Positions 9,440 to 20,208 of a DNA stretch of 64,000 nt are shown here, piece after piece. Under the pieces are notes generated by a model. That model had not been told where the DNA came from. It did no database searches and was given only the letters and a program-made list of their open reading frames with translations. Numbering within the stretch: the stretch's first letter is position 1; every line of letters starts with the position of its first letter. The position numbers and the translations under genes are program-made. Where the stretch lies: contig BCKQ01000004.1 of assembly GCA_001600695.1 (NCBI GenBank), forward strand, positions 355,583-419,582, given 5' to 3'. This DNA comes from Ascoidea asiatica JCM 7603. Lineage: Eukaryota; Fungi; Ascomycota.

Positions 9440-12334
9440 CTAAAAATTATTTTGGTTTAAGATACTTGGAGAAAATACGAACTCATTAGAGCCAATTAAA
9501 TTTTCAATCATTGAATCAATCTCATTTGAATTAACAGTTCCTTCATTAATCACAGCCCCTTCATTTGAAGTTGAACTTTGTTTACCATTGATATCATTTA
9601 AAGGAGTATTAAACAAAAATGGATCTAAATATGTTTCATCAATAACAGGATTTAAGTAATCAAACTTAATCTGCCCAGCTTCATCCATTAGATTAGTCCA
9701 ATATGTTGCTTCTTCTGAAGCCATTAAAATATCATTATCGACATTATTATTTTCCTCAAACGAATTGAAGAAATCTTCTAATTCTTTATCAGTTATATTG
9801 AAAACTGAATTATTAGCATCTGCCTTTAGACTTTGAGGCTTTTGCATAATATTTGAAGGAGAATTTTTATAATCTTCAAATCTTTTAGTATATGAACGAG
9901 TTAATTTCTTAAGCTCAGGGAATTTATCGAGTAAATATGTTAAAAAAATTTTAAGTAATAGTGACAATTTCCAGCATGAAAAAAACCTTTTAGAAAATTC
10001 GGCTGAATTATAATATAAGGCTTCAATATGTTTAAATAAGCATTTACTCATATATGTGCTAGTAGATTCTGATGGGTTTCTTTCAATATCTTTGGTCATC
10101 CAAAGATATAACCCATCTGCATCCTGTGATGTAAAGGTTTCAAGTTCTAATTCAGTTAAATCTTTTCGATATCTTATAATGAAAGAACTAATTAACTGGA
10201 AAGCTTTTTGAGCCGAAGAAAATATTGAGGATGTGATAAGAAATTCATATGGAGCACCGAATTTTGAGGAAGAATTTTTTGCATGCTCATACGCAACTCT
10301 AAATATAATTAAGGAAGATTCTAAAGCAGCTTTTGAATAATTAGTATTTTCATTTTCGCATGTTAAAAAGAGAATATAATTTAGAATATATTTTATTGAT
10401 AAAGCAAATAATCTCAAAGAATATTGTTGAACATTATCAATAATTTCATTTTGAATATTCTCATCTTGAAATTGATTTTCTGAAAAAGAAGTAGTTAATT
10501 GATCAAATTTTTTAATTCTAAATTGTAAAATATGATCTAATTTTTTTATAGAACTATCAATTTGAGATTTTTTGGGAGAAATACGTGAATTAGAACAAAC
10601 TAATAGAATTTTTCTTAATAATGCAGTAACTTCATATTCTAAATTGATATGTTTTACTGCATAATATTCAGCTGAATCCATATCAGAGATAGTTGTATTT
10701 ATTTGAGGAAGTTGAGTATCCCATTGATCATCATCACTTATTATCAAAGGAGAACCGAAGGTGAAAGATTGATAAGCATCAAAAAATAATAATTTATACC
10801 AAATTTTTCTCCATAATATTCTAACATTTTCATCTTGAATTAAATTAAAATTTGAAGGATCTCGATGCAAACCAATCATTTTTGCCATTTGAATAATCAT
10901 TGATAATAATACAGTGGAATCGGCACCTTCATCACCATCTTCAGGAGAATAAAAACGATAAGCTCTTAATAATAATAAAGATTGTATATTTAACAAGGTT
11001 GTTTTTCTTAAAACTGAAGCATGAGAAGTACAATTTTTTGCATGCTCAATAAATATAGGACCAATAGTTATACCTTTAGTAATTAATTCTAAAGTCAAAT
11101 CATCTTGATAAATAGAATTATTATTTGACTTTAAATTATTAATCTTTTGATTTGAATCAATTTGATTAAAGTTTAAAGTAAGAAAAGCCATTCTTAAAAT
11201 TATTAATAAATTACAAACAGTTGATAGAAAACTTCTATCATTAATTTCAAAATAAGCTAATTCAGGATTAGTTGGAGAGATTTTTAAAATTTGATTTAAA
11301 GAAGTTGAAAAAATAGATCTATCAATGATTGGAATTGCTTGATAACAATATTTAAAAAAACGATTTAATAAACTTTGTATAACTGATTTCGGTGGTAAAA
11401 TTTCATTGATTGAATCAATAACTGATTTCCAAGAATGAGATTTATTTGGATCAAAAATTGAAGTTTCATTTTCAGGTTCCCCACAAAATGGAACGCTATC
11501 TAGACAATCCTTATTTATATCTAAATTACCTTTACTTTGAAAGTATTTTGTTCTTTGCTCTTTTAAATATTTTTTAAATATATTAGAAACTATAGGATCA
11601 TTATTAAGTACAGCCATATAAGAAGTTGGACCAAAATGCATTAACTTACTTTCTTTAATGACTAACATATCAAAATTCTTTGATAATTCTACTAGAGGAT
11701 CATTTTCTGAATCATTGAAGACATCAATAGATTTTGGAGGAACCAAAGTTTCAAAAAGAATTTTTGAATCGGATTTATAAGAATCATTTTTTTTGATATT
11801 TTTCATATTTGGATCTATGATAAAATTGCTATTGTTATTACTATCATTATAGATTTTGCGATGATGTTGATTATTTTTGTTATTGTTACTATTATTTATA
11901 TGATTATTTGAATTATTTGAATTACTTGAAGAACTTGAAGAAGGAGTGGTAGCCGAATTTGAGTTTAAGTTTGAATTATTTGATGTTGAAGTGGAAGTCG
12001 CAGTAGATAAAGGTGATTTATTATTCAATTTTAAATATTCTAATTCAGAAGAAAGTTCTTGATTTTTAAAAATTAATTGTTGAACTTGATCTTTTAAATT
12101 TGAGATTTCCACTTTACTATTTTGAGACCATGGTTGATCTTCATAAACACAAAATTGAATAGTATTATTTGAAACACATGAACTACAATGTGGTTTTAAT
12201 TTATCACATTTCATTTTCCTCTTTCTACAAACTGAACATGTTGCTGGAATTCGATGTCTTGTCTTTCTAATTCTTCCTTTTGCATTTAAATTATCAGGAT
12301 CTGTAGAAGTTGTAATTGTTGAATTATTTGGCAT
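9440..12334 (-). CDS. Zn(II)2Cys6 transcription factor with fungal TF middle domain (Mrr1/Oaf1-like)
   Basis: CSVCRKRKMKCDKLKPHCSSC..C cluster, following coiled coil, HFGPTS and MAKMIGLHRDP..LWRKIW middle homology region, acidic C-terminus. Confidence 0.88.
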   Translation of the reverse strand: MPNNSTITTSTDPDNLNAKGRIRKTRHRIPATCSVCRKRKMKCDKLKPHCSSCVSNNTIQFCVYEDQPWSQNSKVEISNLKDQVQQLIFKNQELSSELEYLKLNNKSPLSTATSTSTSNNSNLNSNSATTPSSSSSSNSNNSNNHINNSNNNKNNQHHRKIYNDSNNNSNFIIDPNMKNIKKNDSYKSDSKILFETLVPPKSIDVFNDSENDPLVELSKNFDMLVIKESKLMHFGPTSYMAVLNNDPIVSNIFKKYLKEQRTKYFQSKGNLDINKDCLDSVPFCGEPENETSIFDPNKSHSWKSVIDSINEILPPKSVIQSLLNRFFKYCYQAIPIIDRSIFSTSLNQILKISPTNPELAYFEINDRSFLSTVCNLLIILRMAFLTLNFNQIDSNQKINNLKSNNNSIYQDDLTLELITKGITIGPIFIEHAKNCTSHASVLRKTTLLNIQSLLLLRAYRFYSPEDGDEGADSTVLLSMIIQMAKMIGLHRDPSNFNLIQDENVRILWRKIWYKLLFFDAYQSFTFGSPLIISDDDQWDTQLPQINTTISDMDSAEYYAVKHINLEYEVTALLRKILLVCSNSRISPKKSQIDSSIKKLDHILQFRIKKFDQLTTSFSENQFQDENIQNEIIDNVQQYSLRLFALSIKYILNYILFLTCENENTNYSKAALESSLIIFRVAYEHAKNSSSKFGAPYEFLITSSIFSSAQKAFQLISSFIIRYRKDLTELELETFTSQDADGLYLWMTKDIERNPSESTSTYMSKCLFKHIEALYYNSAEFSKRFFSCWKLSLLLKIFLTYLLDKFPELKKLTRSYTKRFEDYKNSPSNIMQKPQSLKADANNSVFNITDKELEDFFNSFEENNNVDNDILMASEEATYWTNLMDEAGQIKFDYLNPVIDETYLDPFLFNTPLNDINGKQSSTSNEGAVINEGTVNSNEIDSMIENLIGSNEFVFSPSILNQNNF

Positions 12335-12947
12335 TGTGATTATTCAATGAAAATAAAAATCGATATATAATGAAAAATGAACAATAAGTAATAGATTTAA
12401 GCTGGAAATGGTAATGATAATATAATAAAACTAGTCAAGATTAGATTTCAATTACAAATTATATAATTGATTTTTATTTGTAACAACCAAATTCGACTTG
12501 TCAATTGAAATTGACCTTACAAAATTTATTTGAAAATAGGATTGGCATATTTCAAGAAATAAAATAAAAGATTGCCACTTTTCCAGCATTGGAGGCAAGC
12601 AAATGCTAAAACCAGAGTTCACCGAAAGCGAAGAGAGAAAGCCACCGGAACCAGTAATTTGGATCCTAAAAGTTATTGCGCAACACGCGGCATCTTACAG
12701 ACTTAAACAGCATCTGGAAGCTCAGACAATCACTTGACCTTCAAATAAAACGTGCTTCGTTGTGGTTCCACATAAATGGTCTCATTTCATAAATTCAAGT
12801 TTTAAATCATAGCTTCATTTCAAAAAAAGGTCTTCTGGAAATGTGGATAACGATAATGCTGAATAATGATTACATTGATAGTAATGACATTAGATTTATT
12901 ATTGTATATCAATTTCAAGCTATTGATACCTTTCAGATGCATTAAAA

Positions 12948-13532
12948 ATGAGAATTCAATCAAAAGCTATAATATATTTTTCCAAATTTCCAGTTACAAC
13001 TCAAGTGTTCTATAAATCAAAGTTCTCTTTTGCTTTGGTGAATTTAAAACCCATAGTTCCTGGTCATGTATTGATTTGTCCATTAAGAGTTGTTGCAAGA
13101 CTAAAGGAATTATCAAATGAAGAATCTCTTGATTTTGTGTTAACTGTTCAAAAAATTAATACTTTGATAGAAAATGTTTATAAGGCTGATGCTTTAAATA
13201 TTTCTGTACAGGATGGTCCTGCTGCTGGTCAAAGTGTACCTCATTTACATGCTCATATTATTCCAAGATACAAAAATGATAATTATGGTGATGAAATTTA
13301 TGATAAATTAGATCGATTCAATTATCAACTTTCTGATGTTTTAATTGAACATGAGAGGTTAAAAGCTTTAAAAGTAATTGATCACAGTAATAATGATGAT
13401 GATTATAAGAAAATAAAAATGAATGTTACCCCCGATTTAGATAGAAAAGAGAGAACAATGGATGTTATGGAAAAAGAAGCTGAATGGTTGAATGATCAAT
13501 TAATCATTTTACAAAAAGAAAATAAATTGTAA
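12948..13532 (+). CDS. HNT2: Dinucleoside triphosphate hydrolase (Fhit/HIT family)
   Basis: LVNLKPIVPGHVL and QDGPAAGQSVPHLHAHIIPR (HIT HxHxH motif); C-terminal ERTMDVMEKEA is Fhit-like. Confidence 0.93.
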   Translation: MRIQSKAIIYFSKFPVTTQVFYKSKFSFALVNLKPIVPGHVLICPLRVVARLKELSNEESLDFVLTVQKINTLIENVYKADALNISVQDGPAAGQSVPHLHAHIIPRYKNDNYGDEIYDKLDRFNYQLSDVLIEHERLKALKVIDHSNNDDDYKKIKMNVTPDLDRKERTMDVMEKEAEWLNDQLIILQKENKL

Positions 13533-13611
13533 TTAAAGTATATACAGAAGAATAAGAAATATATTATTTACCAAACTAATTTAAATTAGAATAATTTTTT
13601 TTTAAATAAAT

Positions 13612-14037
13612 TTAACTTGACGATGCATGTTGTTTTTTCATTTCAATTCTCTTTTCTGCTCGAAGTTTGGCTAATACTTCTTTTCTTTTTCTTTCACCTC
13701 CATATTTCTTACTACCTAATGCATACTCTTTCAATTCATTATTTTTACCTTTACCATTAAATAAATATCTATATCTCCAATCTAAAATATATTTTCTTAA
13801 ATTTGTATCGATACCTTTTTCTTTCATTTCTCTTGAACCCATTGTAAACTCGAAATTTTCTAAATGTTCTATTGCTCCTCTTCCTATTTTTTTTAAAAAT
13901 TCTTCTTTTTTAACTGAATTACTTGGAAATTTAACACTATAATTTCCAATTTTAACCATTGTTTTATTTCCTTTGCTTTTGGTGCTTACGGCTTTAGAGT
14001 AAGCCCTTATAAACGATTTTGATCCATTGCTAAACAT
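13612..14037 (-). CDS. FYV4: Mitochondrial small-subunit protein mS41/Fyv4 (IGR domain)
   Basis: Basic presequence-like N-terminus; FLKKIGRG..H, MKEKGI..RKYIL and KKYGGERKR match the IGR-motif family. Confidence 0.8.
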   Translation of the reverse strand: MFSNGSKSFIRAYSKAVSTKSKGNKTMVKIGNYSVKFPSNSVKKEEFLKKIGRGAIEHLENFEFTMGSREMKEKGIDTNLRKYILDWRYRYLFNGKGKNNELKEYALGSKKYGGERKRKEVLAKLRAEKRIEMKKQHASSS

Positions 14038-14178
14038 TTTAAAGTTTTTGTATCTTTGTTATTCTTAAATTTATACTCTGTATTTATAATATTTAAACTG
14101 AATATTCAAATCGTTTTTTTTTCTCTGATGGATTCTCTTCTTTTGATATCTGCATTTAAAACATATTTTTCAAAAAAG

Positions 14179-14185
14179 TTACCCG
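14179..14185 (+). promoter_or_regulatory. Reb1-type site TTACCCG in the FYV4/MED6 divergent promoter
   Basis: Exact TTACCCG next to poly(dA:dT) tracts. Confidence 0.5.
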
Positions 14186-14442
14186 CTCATAGAGTAAACT
14201 AAAGCTTCGATACTTTTAATAACGGAAGTGTTTCACTGAAACAACTATTTTAGTGTAAAAATGATATTCAAACGATATCAGTAATATAAAATATTGTATA
14301 TTCAAATAAATAGAATAAAATATTATCTATAATCTTAAAGAAAATCAGATTATTTTTGAATAAAAGTTATTATTATAGATCTACATGAATAATTCCCACC
14401 ATTTACTGTTCATGAGTTGAGAAAAGTTAAATTTTTCATGAT

Positions 14443-15087
14443 ATGAGTTCCTCACAAAAACAACCACTTTTGGATGAATTACAATGGAGAAATCCAGAAT
14501 GGATTCAAAATTTCGGTTTGAATACTGCAAATGTTCTTGATTATTTTTCTCAATCTCCCTTTTATGATAGAATATCAAATAATCAAGTGTTAAAAATGCA
14601 ATCTCAATTTTCAGAAAATTTTAATAATAGAGATTTAATTGCAGAACTTTCAAAAATGAAAGGTATTCAATTTATTGTTGCTTTTACAAAAGAACCTGAT
14701 TTTTGGGTAATTCGTAAACAAAATCGATTTTCGCCTGATCTTGCAATTCCAATGGCCGATTATTTTATCATAGGTGCGAATATTTATATGGCTCCTTCAA
14801 TTCATTCAATTGTTCAATCCAGATTATCAAATACTTGCTTGGCAATACGAAATTCTCTTGCGAATGTTCAAAGTTTAGTGTCTTTTTCCCCTTCTTTTGG
14901 TCATACTTACAAAGTTGATACATCTGAAGATGATAATATTGACTTAGCTAAATCTAGTACCATACCTGAAAAATCTTCTACTCTCAATGAAAAAAAAATT
15001 CCAAATAATTCGAGTCAAGCACAAATACAGTCTTCCTTGGTTTTTGATAACTTACTTTCAATAACAATGAAAGGAAAATCTTACTGA
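14443..15087 (+). CDS. MED6: Mediator subunit Med6
   Basis: LDELQWRNPEWIQ, NVLDYFSQSPFYDR.SNN, FWVIRKQNR and YFIIGANIYMAPS. Confidence 0.95.
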   Translation: MSSSQKQPLLDELQWRNPEWIQNFGLNTANVLDYFSQSPFYDRISNNQVLKMQSQFSENFNNRDLIAELSKMKGIQFIVAFTKEPDFWVIRKQNRFSPDLAIPMADYFIIGANIYMAPSIHSIVQSRLSNTCLAIRNSLANVQSLVSFSPSFGHTYKVDTSEDDNIDLAKSSTIPEKSSTLNEKKIPNNSSQAQIQSSLVFDNLLSITMKGKSY

Positions 15088-15515
15088 AACTTATTTAATC
15101 AAATATTAGTGAATGAAATATATGTATATGTATTGTTTATACTTAAGAAAAAATTAAAATAACGTCCTTAATACTCAAATATAAAGGGTTTTTTTATAAG
15201 CTTATATAATACTATGTATGCCTTTTAAGGGTATTAAATAAAGTTGAAACAAGACCGAAAAAGCTTTTGAAAGGCAAAATACCAAAAAAATAAAGAAAGA
15301 AAAGAAAAAATAATTGACCATAACTAAGAAAGATTATCATTTAAAAATCAGAAAAAAAATAAGCAAAAGCAAAATGAACCAAAAAGAAAGAAAAAAGACA
15401 AAGACAAAAATAGAACATATTTAAATAAAACAACTTCCAAAGCCGAAATCAAAAGAAAAAAAATTTTATCATTACCCTTAATTGATTACAATTATCACTA
15501 CCAATACTATTACCA

Positions 15516-18500
15516 TTATTGACTACTACGACTAAATTTGAATTTAAAAAGCCTGAAATCATGACCACTATCATCCATTTTATGTTTTGCTTCAACACAC
15601 CATCTTAAAATAATATGACAAAGATAAAATAGAGAACCCAGAGCTCTAAACATTGCCAATGCGGCAACAGACCAAAGGATAAATGCTAAATAAAGATTAT
15701 CAATTGATCCAGGTTCATAGATTTGAGTAATAATCATTATTAATAGCATGTTACTTAAAAGCCAAAATAAAACAACTCTTGTTCTAATATCCCTGTAATA
15801 ATCAGCTTCTGGTATTTGCTTTTCTTCAATTGTTTTGATTCCTCTAGGCATTTGTCTCTTGGCTCTTAAATTAAATAATGTTTCTTCATAACCGGTATCG
15901 ATATCTCCACCAGATTTAATTTCAACTTCGACGATTTCTTGCCCAGATTCATCCACTTTAATTATAGCTCTTCCTAAATCAGCTGCAGGCAGATTATCAC
16001 CTTTAGTTCCCCAAGTGACATCATGAGTATTGCAAAATGCATAAATTTGTAGCGTACAAGTATAAAAAGGAAGCATTAAAAAGTATTGAATAGAAGAATT
16101 TATGATATGCCATGGATCCAAATAAATTACCGACATTATAGCATATAATCCATAAGTTGACAATAATGAAACTATAATATTAGTGAAGGCACTATTAGAA
16201 ACATCACCACCCGATCCAGCATCATTCAATGTGCTAATTATAAAGTAAAATCCACAACCCATTGAATATAACGTACAAATCGTTAATATAACCATAGTCA
16301 CCAAATAAAGATGTTTTGCACCTTGAGGTCGATTACCCATGGAAATGATAAATATCGCCGTTAAGTTACATAAACAGAGATAATTGAAAATTGTAAAAAG
16401 CCAATAACCACCATTATTAGGAATGAGATCACTATCAACCATTGAACCAGCTAAGAAATAAAAAGCAATATAGAAATTTCCAAGAGAAAACAAAGAAAAC
16501 ATCAATTGTATAAATTGGTACAAGAATTCAATATGCAAAAAAAATTTTCTTAAAAAAGAATGATCTGTTTTCCATATTTGTCTAAAATGAATTTGAGAAA
16601 ATAGAGCAGCAAATAAAGCACCATTTAACCATCTTCTTCTCTGAGAGATAAATTCTGGTATAGATTCAGGGACATCGGTTTCACCTTTTGCTTGTTTTAC
16701 ATATTTAAGAACCCATTTTTCATTCTTTTTTGCAATTAATTCCCAACAAAGAATTCTATCTTCCGCTAAATACATATTTGCAGAAAAAACATCTCTACTG
16801 GAGCCAGCTAAAGTTTCACCTTTAAAATAGGAATCTAAAGGTCCAGTTCCATCCTCATGATTTTTTAAAGCACAATAACGATAAGCTGACAAAGCACCGG
16901 GCAAAACCAGAATGTATCCAAAAACAGACTCTAAGGGTTTGTCTAAAATGTTAGACATCTTATATTCAAAATTTTGGGAAGCAATCAAAGGATTGAGTAA
17001 ATTTAAACCACCTTTCTCTTTCATAGCAATAATTTCGCCTGCTGCACCAGCTACATTTGAATCATTATCAAAAGCTTTCCAAAGATGGTATATGGCAGAA
17101 TCTGCAGGTTTAGTACCGACATCGAGAAGAACGCAAACATTTGGTTCCAATAAAGGACAAAAAGCATTGAATAACCATCTATGAGAGTTGATTTTCTTTT
17201 GATTATGCTCTTTTAAACAAAATAAAACTTGAACTGGAACAATTCCCTTTTCAGCACCTTGAAATTTAAGGTCAGTATCCATTGAGACTTGAGTCGTATA
17301 TTCAAACAAATGGGCTTCAACAGGATCAGAATTGATATGATCTTTAGCTATACCATCTTGATAAATTCCCATACCTGCAAGAACTTCAAGAACACCTGAA
17401 TTTATTTTTGCTCTACCATCAGCAACAATAATTACCTGAACTTTTTTCCAAGTATCTTCACCCCAAACTCTAGATCTATTTCTTCTACAAAGATAAGCAA
17501 TGTTTCTCATAACAGCATGCATAGTTCTAGCAAATGCGATTTCATCTTCATTATATAGAGTTATACAGATACAAATCTGTATTTCTCTTCCAGCCGTAGC
17601 AGCTCTTAAGGTAAAACCATTGTCAACGAAATTATTTGGATCAGTTGTACATGCAGTATATCTTACAAAAAGAAATTCTGGGTCATCTCTTTTCGGAAGA
17701 AAAGAAGCTAATTTTGTAGGAACAGGATTTTCAAGAACAAAACTACCATTATTTACTTTTATTTGTTTTCTCACAGTTGACTTTCTTCTTCTAGGCTGGT
17801 TATCTAATGGAATTGAATGCATCATATTTCTATCAAGATTATTTGATTCACCGGTAACAATGGATTCTTGATTATTACCATAATCATAGGAATTTACACT
17901 ATTTCGATTTGGATTTGAACCATAGGAAAATTCAGTACCTGAATCATCAATTTCATTCCTATAAGGACTTTCTGCCTCTTTATCATAATAAAGGTTCTCA
18001 ACACTTCTATTATGTGTTTGATGGTCTAATTCAGAGTGGCTTTTATCGAATGAGAATCTATCTTCTGAAAATGAGTAGATTTCATCATATTTTTTTTCAT
18101 TAGAGAGAGTATCCTCGCTAGCTCTGGATTTAGTTGGACTTTCATTAAAATTGAAGGTATCTTTCAGATCATAGTAAGAATGTTCATTCTTTACATTGCC
18201 AAAACTAGTTGATGAAAATATTGATTTTGGTGGAGGTAATATTGTTTTACTTAATTTTGAGGACCTTTGAGAATTAGATCTAGACAAAAGACTTTTTGTT
18301 GGAGATGGTATAGGTGTCATTTCATTATCCTCGTCGATTAAAATTGGTTGGCTTGCAGAGCCACTTTCTCTAAACAGTGATTTGGAAAATGAATCATCCT
18401 CATTTTCTTCAATTATTATACTTGCAAGTCTGGTTCTTTTTGGGGACTCAAGACGGGTCCATTGGGATCTTGGTGTGGGCTGCGAATTTATATCCTTATC

Positions 18501-18890
18501 CTCATCCATAAGATTGGCATAGCCATCATTTTTATTTGAACTAAAAATACTAGGAGACGATTGAAGAATACTTTTATTCTCGAAGTTATTTGAAGAATTT
18601 CTAAAGAATGAAACTGAGGGAGAGAATTTTTTATTAGAAGTACTTCTTGGGAAAGCATTGAAGGCAGAAACATCATCTATTATATCAAAGTGTTAGTATT
18701 TTGAGATATGAAAACGCAATTAAGATAAAAGAAAAAACTTACCTGAAATAACACTTTCATTCATTTTTTTGGGAGAAGTATGAGAAACAGAAGGCTCTGG
18801 CTGTCTTAGTAATGGTGAAACTGAGAATTTGGCTGAAGATCCAAAAGGATTTTCATATAATGAATTATCATCATTGAATGGATCAGACAT
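15516..18890 (-). CDS. CHS2: Class II chitin synthase (S. cerevisiae Chs2 / C. albicans Chs1 type); exons 18890-18743 and 18676-15516
   Basis: [28 protein letters not shown] and HDVTWGTKG motifs. Upstream ATG at 18890 ([10 protein letters not shown]...) splices in frame over intron 18742-18677 to the track ORF. A Mcm1-Fkh element in the promoter supports class II. Confidence 0.9.
18677..18742 (-). other. Spliceosomal intron (66 nt) in CHS2
   Basis: GTAAGT donor at 18742, TACTAAC branch at 18698-18692, TAG acceptor ending at 18677; phase-1 join G|AT keeps the frame. Confidence 0.88.
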
Positions 18891-19052
18891 TGTTTAAAAT
18901 CAAGTTTCGTTAGCTTAAAGTATATTAAACTCAAAAAAAACAAAAAAAAGTAAAATCAAAAGTAATTTTAAAAATTATAGTTGGGATACTTATAGAATTT
19001 ATATCAACCCTGAAAGTAAAAAGACACTTTTTCATAGAAATAAACATTGAAA

Positions 19053-19079
19053 TTTCTGCATTAGGAAATATGTAAACAA
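19053..19079 (+). promoter_or_regulatory. Mcm1-Forkhead composite element (CLB2-cluster type)
   Basis: TTTCTGCATTAGGAAA-tat-GTAAACAA, matching TTWCCnnWnnnGGWAAnnnRTAAAYAA with one mismatch; about 160 bp upstream of the CHS2 ATG. Confidence 0.7.
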
Positions 19080-19224
19080 GGACGAAAAGATCAGACAATT
19101 GTCACTGCGGATTTTGAACCGGGCCCATTTCCTAGAAGTTTTCCGGTTATGCGGATTTAAGTCAAATGGGCTCCGGAAATGCCGGAAATGCTTTTTATTC
19201 TTTTTTAGTCCTGTTTCGGTGGAT

Positions 19225-19318
19225 ACGCGAAACTCTAAAACTATCGTAACTATTACAGTATGAATAATTTATTAGTTTGATCTTGCGGTGTAAATTTTAA
19301 TGGGCAATCGTAACGCGA
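19225..19318 (+). promoter_or_regulatory. MCB/SCB-like G1/S elements upstream of RTT105
   Basis: ACGCGAAA at 19225-19232 and ACGCGA at 19313-19318. Confidence 0.45.
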
Positions 19319-19445
19319 CAGGAATTAAAAAATTGATTAAATCGATTGTAGTAATGAAATATTCAATTGCTAGTATCAGTATCTAACTAAAAGAAAAAAA
19401 CAACTGTGAAAAATTTTATAATTGACCCTTTTGAATACATAAAGA

Positions 19446-20147
19446 ATGTCGATAAATAGGCTACATCGACTTCCAAAAAATCGTTCAAATTTTAAGATTA
19501 ACGATGAAAATAATGTTGATACAGATGAAGGTTTTTTGCATGATTTAGAAGCCAGGCAAATGAGAAGAGCCCGATTGTTCAAAAATCCTCTAAGTTCTCC
19601 TATAAAATCATTCAGACCTTCAATGGATGATGAAATAAAATCTCATAGATTACTTTCTTCTCCTAGTCGAAAAACTTCATCTACAAATATCAATAATTTT
19701 AGAAAAGATGTGATTTATTCATCTCCATCAAAACACAGACAAGAAAGTCGACAGTTAAAACTTTTAGAAAAAAGAGGTGGCTTCATAAAAATGGAAAAGG
19801 ACATTATGGATAAAGATTATGAGCTACAAATCAGTAAATATAAGGAAATTGCAGATGAAGAAAACGATAGGCAACGTGATTTGATTTCTGAATTTCATCA
19901 ATATAATACTGATGATGACGAGGAAGGATTCAGTGAAGAATTTGACGATGAATCTTATTGGGATGATTTCTCCAATAAACCCCTTAATAAGTCGATAACA
20001 AGAATAAAAAACGATAGAAAAAATAACCTGATAAATCTACCAGCGGATAAATTGAATAATTTACAAAATGAAATAGAAGAATTAGAAAGATTGGAAAAAT
20101 TAGAAGAAGAAGAATTAGATTATTTAATTAAAAATATGAATATATAA
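19446..20147 (+). CDS. RTT105: Rtt105-like RPA chaperone
   Basis: SSP-rich region followed by RGGFIKMEKDIM, which resembles the RGG-EKME-IM core I recall from S. cerevisiae Rtt105; acidic C-terminus ending EEEELDYLI. Confidence 0.7.
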   Translation: MSINRLHRLPKNRSNFKINDENNVDTDEGFLHDLEARQMRRARLFKNPLSSPIKSFRPSMDDEIKSHRLLSSPSRKTSSTNINNFRKDVIYSSPSKHRQESRQLKLLEKRGGFIKMEKDIMDKDYELQISKYKEIADEENDRQRDLISEFHQYNTDDDEEGFSEEFDDESYWDDFSNKPLNKSITRIKNDRKNNLINLPADKLNNLQNEIEELERLEKLEEEELDYLIKNMNI

Positions 20148-20208
20148 AACATGTTCATAATATTCAATTGTTATCTTTTATATAAAAATAATTATAAATT
20201 TATTGAAA

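Noticed and set aside
166-15087. Grouping of coactivator genes SPT3, MED7, ARP8 and MED6
   Set aside because: Interspersed with unrelated genes and no shared motif seen; chance or ancestral synteny suffices.
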